Origin: Moniliella sp. 'wahieum'
Lineage: Eukaryota
Direction: 5' to 3'
Assembly (NCBI GenBank): GCA_003971905.1
Contig: RSEE01000078.1
Location: forward strand, 1 to 64,000
DNA length: 64,000 bases
The position numbers were made by a program, and so were the translations under genes. Of this stretch, positions 25,925-37,402 are shown piece after piece; within the stretch, counting starts at the first letter, position 1, and the number at the start of each line of letters is the position of its first letter. The notes beneath the pieces are model-generated. The model was not told the origin of the DNA and did no database searches. It worked only from the letters and a program-made list of their open reading frames with translations.

Positions 25925-28900
25925 AGCAGCAAGCGTGTCCGCTTGCTCGGCACAGGACATGGCCAGATCTTGAACCACGGGATCCGAATCGGAGGTGGCA
26001 GCAAAGCGGGCGAGCTGCTTGATACGCTGGACCAAGGCCGGGTCCAGCAGTGTGCGTTCCTGGTGGTCTTGCGGGCCGAGATGATGAGGCAAGAGGGAAG
26101 GGGACGCCTGCTTGCTGGGCAGACGGAGAGCAGGGAGCCCCCTCAGAGAGGCGCAGAGACAGATGCTCGGGTTCCCGAGGGCCGAGAGCTGGGTTTCGGC
26201 GGCAACGAGAAGCAAGCTGAGCAGCAGGTACCCGGCGCGTCGAAGCTGGGGCAAGGAGCGGTCGACACTCAGCGGATCATCTTCCAAGTTCATCTCCTCG
26301 TCCGACTCGGCGCCCATCTCGTCCACGTTGGTCCGGCCTGTGACGGGGCTTGGGACGGGCCGGCGGCGTGACTAAAGGCCTCCTTCCCCCCTTCGACGGT
26401 GAGCAAGTCGATGGCCAAGCGGGCCAGCTCGTCACCAGTGCCACTGAGTGCCACAGCCAAGGGCGTCGCTTCGACAAGGGTGCCGAGAGTGAGATGGTCG
26501 ATACACACAGTGTTGTAGGTACCTGTGTATTCCGCACAAACGCTAGTAATGGGTTGACGACAATCGAAACTAGCGCGAAACGAAGTCAGTAGAAAGTAGA
26601 AAGGTATGAGGGAGGTGGAAAGGATAACGTACGTTTGGGCGCATTGCCTGCCCCAGACGTTGAATCACTTGACCAATCGCTTCTCCCACACGCAGACGAC
26701 GGTCAACTTGAACAACGGTGGTGGGCACCGTATCCAGCTTTCGGATGGAAGGCTGACGGGCGTGGAGCAGATGCGGGCGTCGGTTGGGCTTACCGTACGG
26801 TGCCCATTTCTGGCATAGGTTGGTGTGGGGGGGGAACAGTGCTAGGGGGCGAACCCTGGACGTACATGCCGACCAGGCGACGGAAGACTTCGCCACCATC
26901 GGGGCGAAGAGCCAATTGGGCCAACCCCTTGATGGCGTTCATATACACATAGCTGTCTTCCTCATCCAGGGCGAACAAAAACATCTAGGACGCGAGCGAG
27001 TTGCGCCGCCGACAAACTGGCCTTGGGGGAAGAAACTTCGACAATCAAAGGTCGGCGTTCTCCCACACCCACCTCATCCAACGCAACCAGTTGGGTGAGC
27101 AGGACGAGGCCATGGCCTCGGACCGGAATACTGGCATCCTGCACAAGCGTCATGCTTCCTTGTACTGCTGGGCCGTCTGCTGTTCGGGCGTGGGGTGGTG
27201 GTGGTGTCGGTGGAGGGAGAGGACGCCGTCGCCTGCGCTACGCGCACGGAGAATGAGACGCAGCGTAGGTAAGACCCTGCTCAACGGTTCCAACTCCTCG
27301 CTGGGGCCGAGCGTGGGGACGCCTTGGTGAGACGGGCTGTGAGACGTGCCGGTAACGATCGCCTCCAGCTTGTTCATCACTACTCCCAAAAGTGGTGTGT
27401 TTTCGAGGGAGAGGGAAGTGTTGTTGTACAACAGTTCGACCAACAGGCTGGCCGCAGCCGGGCGCATGCCCGTAGCCAAGATGGCCTGGGCTTTGGCCTG
27501 AGACTCATCTTTTCGACCGGGCGGAGCGCAGGTTCGGCTGCTTGCTCTGTCTCGTCCCGCTCTTCGGAACCTTCAAGAGCATAGTCGATAAAAAGCAACA
27601 CAGGCAGTGCATGCTCCGTGTAGAGCGATGGATGCACGAGGAAGTACGGTGGTAATGCCCTGGAGCAGTACGGCCGAGTGGGCGAGACGTTGACTGGTGT
27701 CCGCCAGGCGAGAGCGCTGGACTCGCAACAGTTCCATCAAAAGCAACTTGAGCAAGTCGTCCAATAACGTGCTCTTGTTCTGGTTTTGCACAGGCGGGTC
27801 GGCCGCTCGATCGTTTGAGCGTGGCCCAAACAGGTCTACCACCACTTCTACCATAGGTAGGAAGGTTTGGATGGGGTCCGAATCGGAAGAGGTTGGGGAC
27901 TGGTAACCAGTTTGGTGTCTGTCGAAAGACGCGCCAGCAAGGACGCTAGCGCCTCCGTTTCGTCCCGCTTTTCATCCAACACGACCCGGCGGACGGTCAA
28001 GTGCCCGAGGTCCCAATGCCAAGACCAAACGGCAGTCGAAGGCGTGGGGAGCTTGACCGAAGCAGGGGAGAGTGCGCCGCCCGGCTGGGGACCGAGTACA
28101 TTCAAAATTTCCTCGTGGTGATCACATTTCGCGTACTGCACCATCTTTCCAGAGCGGCTTGGACCGACTGCATCAGAGCAACGGGGTCGATCGTCAGCGG
28201 GTCAGATGAAGTGATCTCCTGCACCTTGGGTCCAGATGAGCCGGACCCCTTTCTCTGGGAGGAAGCCAGCAAGAAGAAGTAAAGGATGAATGTACTGGCC
28301 CAGCCCAGCACCGTGTGGAGAAACGTGGGATCGGGTGGGCCAATGCAAACGAGGGCGAGAAGAGTTTGGAGGGAGAGGACCACAGCCGACGGTGACGCCA
28401 GCTCATCCGTGTCCTCGTCCTCTCCTTTGGTGGGGAGGGGAGAAAGGGAAACGCAAGCCGATGGGAGAGGAAGGTATACACCTCGGGATGGAGAGAGGCA
28501 AGGTGCTGAAGGGCAGTAGCCGCAGTGGAGGCATGGACCTGTTCGATGCCCCGCACTGCGCGTGGCACGGCAGCCAACAATGGCGCGCCCGCATCCGCAA
28601 TGACTTCCAACAGTTGAGGTACCACCGCCGCAGCCATGGAGGTAGAGGAAAGTGGGAGGTGGGGTAGCCAGCAAGCTCACCACTCTTTGCACTTTGGCAG
28701 GAGCCGGGGCGGGATCCACCTCGTGCTCCAACACCGAGTCGGACACCTCCTCGGCACGCTGGGAAAGGTGGCCGTGTGGCGGCGGGGGCGGGTTGCCAGC
28801 AGCGCGTGCACTGCAACGGGGCGGAGAAGCAGGATGTTGAGCATGGCCCGCACGCCTCCGGGACGCAAGAGCTGGGCCGATAGAACCGGCTCGCTTGCGA

Positions 28901-30059
28901 CGAGAGGCCCGGAGGCAGCGGCACGGGCGCCGCCTGGTTGGCGTCCTCCAGCACACCACTCACGCCCTGGACAGGTTGCCCGCCATGCACCCTCGCCGTC
29001 ACGCCCGACAGGGCAGCGTAGCACTGAGCACGTTCAATCGCCGCAGTGCCGTCTTGAGCAGCGCATTAGCCACCTGCGGAGGCGCCGCGCCCGAGCGGGC
29101 AATTGGTTCCCTCCCACAGCCAGAGTCGTAGGCTACCGGAAAGCGAGGCGGAAGAGCGGAGCGGCAGACGCACGCAGAACCAAGTTCGCCACCCGCTCCT
29201 CCTCGTCGCTCCATCTCTCGGGGCAGCGGCGGGTGGCGGCGGCTTGCCAGTCTGGGCGGCCGCGATCACGCGCTGCACGTCCACCTCAACCACGTGAGCA
29301 TAAGAGCGTACCGCACCAGACACGAGACGCACGTCCTGCAGACGCGCAAACGGGTCGGCAGCACTGCCAATCTCGTACAGCGACGCACGGCCCCCGCGGG
29401 CAGCCTGGGAGTGCCCTCGTGCGGCGGCCGAGGCGCGGTCGTACAGACTGGCCACCAGGTCAAGCGCCCACTGGCTGACGATCAAAACGAGCGTGTCGAG
29501 CGTCTTGTGGTCGGCAGAGCCCAAGAGGGGGCATCCGATACCGGCACGTCCTGCTCCTTCCACCCTTGGGCGAGGCTGGCGCCGCAGCCTGTCGATTCGC
29601 AACAGCCGTCTCGAACGACGTGCCAATCCGGCCCAGCGCATCGAGCGCAGCAAGGCCCGTGCACACCTGGGTCAGTACGAGGGAGAAGGAAAGCTCGGCC
29701 TGGTCGTCGGCTGTCTCCTGTGCCGGCGTCCGGGGGCCCGCCGCCTGCACGACGGGGACCGGCGGGTGCAAGCGCGCGTCAAACTGCGTTGGATCCGCCG
29801 CAACGGCGTGTGCATACGCCTCCACCCGCGCCTCCAGACGTCTGCGCGCGGCTGGAACAGAAGGTCAGTCGGGATGTGGAAAGGCAGGAGGCGGGATGCG
29901 CACTGAGCGTAGCGCGCCAGAGGGGTGCCAGGCGGGTCGACGGGGGAGGCGGCTGAGGTGAGCAGGCTCAGCGGCGGCGAGGGGAGGCGATGTGGGTCGG
30001 CCATCGCGTTCTCCCGTAAGGAAACGGGCGGCGGCCAGCGCGTCCACCAGCGCAGCCAT
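25916..30059 (-). CDS. RTP1: RNA polymerase II nuclear-transport/assembly factor Rtp1 (Tango6 family)
   Basis: YKEAMTLVQDASIPVRGHGLVLLTQLV, ALDEEDSYVYMNAIKGLAQLA, DRRLRVGEAIGQVIQRLG, LRRAGYLLL and DSDPVV match the RTP1 C-terminal motifs. Start MAALVDAL at 30059; many frameshifts; probable intron near 26520-26635. Confidence 0.82.
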
Positions 30060-30616
30060 GGCGGAGATGGTGGTGGTCGCCACCCACACCCACACCGACG
30101 TCCGCCCCGACCTGTGCACCACGACGGGCCTGCCAAATGGCGACCGAGAAGAGCAAGGGCGTGGGCCGCCACACAGCTAAAACTTTCACGCCCAAGTCGC
30201 GCCCGCCCACATAAATTTTTTGCGGGAGAAAGTATTCTCTGTGGACGGCGTTCCAGCGGCCGCCGCGGCAAGGCGACGCAGTGAAGACGCACGTTCTGGC
30301 GGACACGAGGGCGCACATCGCCTACACACACACTACAAACCCTCGACAGACAGGCCGAGGCCAAGGAGACGCCCTGGTGGCAAGCGTACAAGAACGTATA
30401 TGATAGTATTAGCGGGGCAGTGTCGTCCCTTGGCTGGCCACGAAAAACGGTCCATAAGCGCAAGCGGGGGGAGGGAGGTCTGATGAAAAGGGGGGAAGTA
30501 AACGAAAAAAGGAGAAGAGACGATCAGAAACGAGCGAGCGCCGAAGCACGGCACGAACCGGGCGGGGGAGAGCCAGATGGGGGGAAGCCAGGCGATGGCC
30601 GAAGCTTGATCGCGCG

Positions 30617-33101
30617 TCAGGCCGACAGGTCCGACAGGCCTACCCGCCCTGGCGGACGACCCAACGAGGCTGTCCGCCCCTTGTCCGCGCCGTGCGGCAC
30701 GCCGAGCTCGCGAGTCAACTTGCCGCAGATGCGAGTGCGGGAGCGCAGAGCGTCGTCCGGGTCCCACAGGAGCGCGACGGAGCGCATCAGGTCCCGGTGC
30801 GCCCGCTCCACCAGCGACAGCCAGTAGTCCACCGTGCTCTCCACTGCCAGATCGGGCGGAAGGTTTCGCAAGCCTCCCGGACCGTGCCGCCCGTGCTTCC
30901 GTCTTTTCCGATGCGGCGGGGGGGCCCGAACGCAAGACGGTAAGAAAGTGTTCGCGCTGCGCATGCCGGTCCCGCGCGAGGTGAAGCAGGGAGAGTGCCA
31001 GTTCGTCCCTAGCCGAAGGGGCAGAGGAGCCCGTCGGTACGGGGGCTCGGGGATCGTGGGGAGCAACGGGGAAAGAGCCCCCATGGGAGCCTCCGGGTAC
31101 CGGCTCAACCGACTGGTTCGACAGGCGCTGTGAGGGGGTAGATAAGGGTGCGAAATAGGGCCGCCATACGAGCCACCTCTTTCAGGGGGCGGCGGTCAGA
31201 AGAAATGTCTGTCGGATAGGAAGGACGGGAAGGATGGGCGGGGGGATAGCCAGCAGGCACAGGCAACGGCAGAGGATAGCCTGCCGGGAGCGGCGGGGGG
31301 GGCAAGCGAACGGGTCCAGTCGACGAGTGATGAATGTCGGGCTGCGAAGCGGAGACATGGCTCCCATGAGGGACGGGAGGATAGGGAGCGCCAAAGGAAT
31401 CGAAGGGGGAGGCGAAGTCTGCCCACTGCCCTGTCGTAAAGGGGGGCCGGTGGAAGAGGCGAGGTAAGCAGCGCTCGAACGCTTGCGCTCCCTTGACACA
31501 AGCTCGTCGTCCGATCCTTCCGGCAGCAACTCGTCCCGGAGCGAACGGCGACTGCGCTTTCGTGGCCGATCAGCCGGCCCACTCCATCTTCCGACCCCCC
31601 TGGCCAGGCGGGTCGTTGTGCTCAGCGGTGCGCAAGGTATACTGATCGCCGCCGACGGCACGCATCTCTTCGTAGAACACAAACGCAGCTTGGTGCACCA
31701 TATCTGCGCGTTCTCGATTGGAGCTGTCCTCCCGCAGACGACGCCAATCGTCTTCGGAACCTTCGAGGCGGCCGCCACCGGCGCGATTGTAGCGCAATGT
31801 AGTTCCGGGCCATCGTTCCGGGTCCAAGGCCCAAGTGAAGGCGCGAGTCAGTCGGACAAGATAATCCCAGCGGTGCTTGACCATCGCACCACTTAGTTGC
31901 CGTTCGCGGTCGCCATCCATCATCTCGGGGCGATTGAGCACCTCGGCCAGACGTTCCCAAAATTCAGCCTAGATAGACCAGGACGGGTCAGTAATTTGTG
32001 GCTCACTCGAAAGAGTAGACAAGCCAGCAGTGGGTCGGAAAACAGGAAGCCGAGGCAGAGGACATACAGGCAAAGAGGATGGGTAGCGAGCAAACTCGCC
32101 AGCACGCAAGGCTTTGTATTGTTCAATCAAATGGAGCGTTCGGCGCTGGGACATGCCTTTCCTTCGGGGCTCTTTGGGCGCAGAATCGGCTGGGGGCAGA
32201 CGAGAGGTGGCGGGTATGATGCCCGAGGCAGACAAAGGGGGGGCCACTGTGCTTTCTCTCCTTCTTCCGCCGGACAAAGGAGCCAGGGAAGTGGATGTCA
32301 GGTCAGCGCGCTCGCGTTGGAATGGCGAGAGGGGAAGCCGCCGGCCCCGAGTGGTACCGAGGAGGAGGGGTGTGCGGCTGGGCTCCTCTTCTGCGGTTTC
32401 GACCTCCTCCCCAATGGTACGTTGTAAGCGTGTCGATGTACGGAGGGCGGCATGGAGCGGTGGGGCGCGGTCGTCGTCGTTGGACGGGCCGGCAAGAGTA
32501 AAAGGCGGGCGCTTGGGTGTGTTGGTCTCAAGGGGAAGGGGGGGCTTGGGAGGCGATGAAGTGGAAGCCACGGGAGGGGGGCTGGGAGAAGGATCCAGAT
32601 CCTCAGGCACGTCACCAAGGGCTGTTGAGCGCGTAGACGACGTGGACACGAGGGAGCCTAGGCCGGAGCGTGCACCTATCGGGCCAGTGGTACTTCCCGC
32701 GCCGGTCGCGCCTGGTGCGGGAAGAGAAGTGGCCACAGACGAGCGGCGCACGCTCCCGCCGGCGGCGGCGGCGGCGACTGATGGGCGACGCAGGGCGGCT
32801 GGAGGGCTGGTGGGGCGGGCAAGGAGCAAGGCCTGGTGGGCCTTGGGATGCGGCGGCGGAGGGGGCAGGGGCTGGGAGGGGGACGGCGGGAGCTGGAGGA
32901 CAGATGGGGTGGGCTGGCGCGGCGGCGCGTCGGGGGGATGGCCGACGGGGCTGGGGCCGAGGGGGATGGGGATGGGTGCTGGTCGGGCAGGGTGCTGGTC
33001 CAGCTGCCGGGGGGGATGGCGGCGGCGGCGTGGCGGGGGGGAGGCAGCGGGGGAGGCGGATGGCGCCGGGCGGCGGAGGCTCGGGAGGCGCTGACGGCCA
33101 T
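30617..33101 (-). CDS. Pro/Ser-rich protein with a Myb/SANT-like (trihelix/MADF-type) domain
   Basis: An intron GTATGT(32067)...TTACTGAC...TAG(31969) joins MSQRRTLHLIEQYKALRAGEFARYPSSLP|AEFWERLAEVLNRPE...LSGAMVKHRWDYLVRLTRAF. This has the LI...W..LA..LN...K.RW..L spacing of Myb/SANT-like domains. Ends approximate. Confidence 0.65.
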
Positions 33102-33529
33102 GGAGGGGGGCGGTGGCGGTGGCGGGGGCTGGCCGCGGTGGCGAGCAGCCAGGCGGGCGCGGCGGGGGGCAGGCGGGTGTGGTGGAGCTCGGGGGGCGTT
33201 CTGTGCGGTGCGGCGCGGTGCTGCCGGGCGGCCGCCGAACAAACCAACGCAAAAAGCCACACCGCACCCAGCCGCGCCCGCCACTGCCCCCGCGCCGCTG
33301 TCTCACGCCGCTGCTGGGTGAATTCAGTCGGCATCAGTGCTGCGCTGAGCATCACCCATCCGCTGCAGCCGCGCAGCAGCCGCACGGGGGCACTGTCACG
33401 CCCTGCGGGCACTGCGGGGCGTCGTCTGCGCCTGCCGTTTCAGTCGTTTTTCCATCTGCATCCTATGAGTCCTCAGTCTGAGTCCGCAGTGCCTCAGCGC
33501 AGCCCCCGCACCGCCTTCCCGCTCCCACG

Positions 33530-36500
33530 CTCGGCGTGAGCTCAGCTCTCAGTGACCCCTGACGCGCACGCTCACGCCTCAGCACCTCAGCCTGACGCCC
33601 AGACTCCCCCCGGTAAGCTCACCGACCGAGCGGCTCAGCGCCAGCGGGACGGGCCAGGCGCTGGCCTGTGCTGACAGGCGCCGGCTGCCTCCCGTCCAGT
33701 ACAGGGCGAACTTGAATTTTTGAGCTGAGCACGCAGAGTCCTGCCCTACTAGCACTACCCGTGGCGGCCGACGACCCAGATCGTCTTGACAGAACTAACT
33801 TATCAAGCTCGAGCTTGAACAGGGCCTGAAGGCGGAGTACAATTGGGTCCTGGGCCTGCCAGAGCGCTAAAGACTGTGAAGGGTGTTGTTCAGTGTTCAG
33901 TGTTCAGTGTTCAGCCACGCTTCACATGGAGGGCCTCAGTCAGCGCGTGGTGCCGCCTGCATACTAATAGTGGCACCGATGTCTCAAACACCCGGTTTTC
34001 TTAGGTGCATTCCATCCGATATTCCTTCCTAGAGGGCAGGAATATCCTCTAACGTTGAACGTTGAACGCCCAACGACGCGTCACGCGCAGGGGGGTTGGA
34101 ATCTCAGAAAGTTTCTCACAGGCCTCGGCCTCATCGATCATCGAGCACCCGCACTGGTGCACAGTACGCGTACAGACAGGTGCTGCGGCTGTACGCAAGC
34201 GGCTTTGAGACGCAAGAGGTTCATTAATCGATTAATCATGTTACGTTCAACGTCACGTTCTGTTGAATGGAAGCTCAGCCTACGCGTTCAGCGAGCGCCG
34301 CTCAGGCTCGGCGTTCAGTCTCAGATCCCAGTCTTACCAGTTACTAGTTATCGGTTACCGGTTACCGGTTACCGTTACGCGTTACGCGTTACCGGCCTCA
34401 CCAAGTGACTAGTCACAGTGACTGGTGGCGCGTGACGCGACGGAGGGGCCCGAGCATGTGTCATCGTAATGTGATCCATGTGACACGGGACGGTCAATGC
34501 CCTGCCGCCCAGCGCCCATGTAACACGTAAATCAATATAAATAGCCTCCCAGTTCGATTTCAGTCGTCCTCTCAGATCTCAGTGCTGGCCTGTATTGGGT
34601 TCAGCCGCTCAGGCGCTTATTAGGCCTACTCAGTACTCAGTTGAGTACTCAGTGAGTACTCGATAGTCCTCTTCAGTGTTCCGAACGCAAAAAGGGCCAT
34701 GCTGTACGGCGTGTGGACCACATGCTGCAGGGACCTGATGTGACCGGATCCCGATGCCAAGCGAGACAGCAATCAAGAACTGGGTCAATAGACGATAGGG
34801 ATTGATTGCTGGTGAGCGATAGTAGAGAATAGCGGAGAGGAGGAGGAGGAGGGTAGAAGAGAGAAGACTAAGAGCTACGACTGCCGGGACCTCTAGAAGG
34901 AGGCCAGTCGGCCAGCCACACTTCCGCCCGAGCGGAACTAGCGGAGCTAGCCGCTGGATGGAAGTGGCTGGGAGCGCCAGAGTCCGGCTATGCTTTTGGC
35001 ACACGGCACTAGTGTCCCAACAGACCCCGTCTAACATCGCCCATTCTGCATCAGTCCAAATACAAACCGTCGATCCAGCTATTGCAACACGACATCGAGC
35101 TACGCACTAGTCACTACTGTCATCGAGTCAGCTAGTCCTAGTCACTAGTCACAATCATCTCGCAATAGGGCTGAGGACAACATCCATAACTCGGTACTTA
35201 CAAGTTATTAGGTCCCCAAATCAGTAACCCGTACACCGAGATCTGAACCCAGACATGCGTACTACGCCTCTAGTTATGATATTCCGACAATCAACAATTG
35301 AAGCCACATCAACCGGCGGCCATCCAGCATGCCAGGCCAGTACCAGGCGCTGCCCAACCATACCCAGGGCATGTGGCAGGTGACATGTGACATGTGAAGC
35401 ATGTGAAGCTTGAACAAGCCGTCGGAGAGACAGGTATCCGGTAGGAGCGCGCACACCTGAGATGATCCAGATGACTTTTTATTATAATAGAGTGTGTATA
35501 CCCGCAGGCGCTCGCGCTCAAGCTTCAAGCTTCAAGCTTCAAGCTCAAGCTTCAGTGTTCTCAAGCTCTTCAAGAGCTTCAAGCCTCTCTCCGCACGTTA
35601 ATATTTAATGTTAAACGTTATCGATCTGTTATGTCATTACGCGTTACGCAAGACACATCTCGCGTGTGGCATATAATAGTGTGCTTGGACGGTGAAATTG
35701 GTTGAAAGGGCAATCGACGACCCCGCGCTCATGCGACGCTCAGCGCTGATGCTCAACTGAGCGCGAGCATGCCATCCATGGCAATGTGACACAGAGAAAG
35801 CCAAGGCGGAGATGAGATCGATGAGACCGAAAAACAACGTAGTGGGCATTGAAGTTCTTTTTTTCTGGCAGCAACAAGAGTTGGTTTGGTACTGAGTACT
35901 GATTAATGATTAATGATTAATGATTCGGAGTACTCAGACACATACTGAACGTACTGAGTAGTACTGACGCGAACGTTAACCGGTACGTTAACGTCGTTAA
36001 CCGCGTATCGCTGACGTATCATATATCATCGATGATCTCGATCATTAATCATTCCCTCATTGACATTCCGTACCATAGCGTAACGGCGACCGGTAAGCGA
36101 CGGTAACCGGTAACCCCCCCCCGTATATAGTAGGTCACTAGGTCACTATACAAATTGGTAGAATATGACTTAGGAAGCACTCGCGATCCTATATGGATCA
36201 GCTGCAAAGCAGCCTTTAGATCTTCAAACAAGGCGTGAAGGCAAAGGCTGACTTAGCGCTAACGTCTGCAAGCGTCAAGCTTCAAGGTATGAGATTTGAC
36301 ATGGCGTTTTTGCCCGTGGAATAAACAAACCAGAATGTTTCGCCTCTCCACAAACAATCGCGTGCTGAGAAAGAAAGAAGATCGACGGTGGCCGGTGGTG
36401 TAGGATGTGTGACATGTGATTGATCTCATCGATCATCATCGATCTCTCCTCATGCTATTGAGACCATCGGCCCTGACCGGGGTGGGTGACCGGTGACCGG

Positions 36501-36965
36501 TGACCGGTGACCCCTCCATTCCACACCGGGCTCAGCTGCCGCCCTCTCTCCTGTTGCTGCGGTGATGGGTTGGATGACTCGTTGACGCTCCTTTTGTTTG
36601 TTGGGTAGAGAAGCGGCTTGCTGGGCTTAGAGGGCACTTGCTGTTCACACTCTCATTCTCCCAGATCTCACTGTTGACCGTTGAACGTTGACCGGTGACC
36701 CTGAATCAGGCCTCCTTCAATATAAATCAGCCATAAATAGCTCTAGGCCACATCGGCCTTGTAACAGGTAATAACCTTACCGGTATTGACCCGAGATGAA
36801 ATCTGAGATCTGAGATGGGAGATCTCAATCGTTCCCCGGACCCAATCCACTTCTCGGGGTACCCGCAGTAGTACGCAGTGGCGCGTGCCGTATCCCTGGA
36901 TCCATTATGCATCTGCAGATCCACACATGCCCATCCCCATCCCCATCGCAGGTCACTAGTCACTG
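33530..36965. repeat. Dense field of nnTNAnn heptamer arrays
   Basis: Arrays at 33888-33915, 34332-34393, 35379-35415, 35516-35543, 35596-35609, 35891-35925, 36133-36147, 36485-36512, 36673-36700 and 36802-36815. Confidence 0.92.
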
Positions 36966-37267
36966 CGCGCTTCTAAACCAAAAAGGGAGAAAGCCTGACA
37001 CCTACCATTTGCTTCCCCCCACGCTGCCAGTCGAACTGCGGTCGCGGTGGATGCGCCGTGGAGGCGGCGTGCGAGACAGGCCGCGCTACACTACGAAGGG
37101 TGCGGTCCCGTCCGCCCCTGGATCGCGAGACAAAAAGAGCGAAGTGGACATTGGTCCAACGGGGAACAAAGGGCGGTATGACGGGAACGAGGGCGAAAAA
37201 GACAAGGATCAAAGGACCATGAACTGATGGAGGCGGAAAAAAGAGAGCAACAGTCACAGCGAGATAA

Positions 37268-37351
37268 GATGGGAGGGGATGGGAGGGGAGGGGGGAGATG
37301 GGATGGGAGGGGAGGAGATGGGATGGGAGGGGAGGAGATGGGATGGGATGG
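37268..37351 (+). repeat. GGGAT/GGGAG purine-rich repeat with G-quadruplex potential
   Basis: More than 8 GGG tracts with short loops; the 20-bp unit gggaggggaggagatgggat occurs twice. Confidence 0.8.
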
Positions 37352-37402
37352 CAGAGCAAAATCCCACCGTCAAGGGGCGGAGTCAGCGTGTGGCCTAGTA
37401 AG

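Noticed and set aside
32085..32101. GC-AG intron donor (GCGAGT) in the Myb-like gene
   Set aside because: The canonical GTATGT donor at 32067 gives the correct phase; the GC site does not.
4385..36965. Heptamer arrays as CRISPR, telomeric repeats or a single satellite family
   Set aside because: There is no constant repeat with unique spacers and no shared unit sequence. Units differ by site and track the local flanks.
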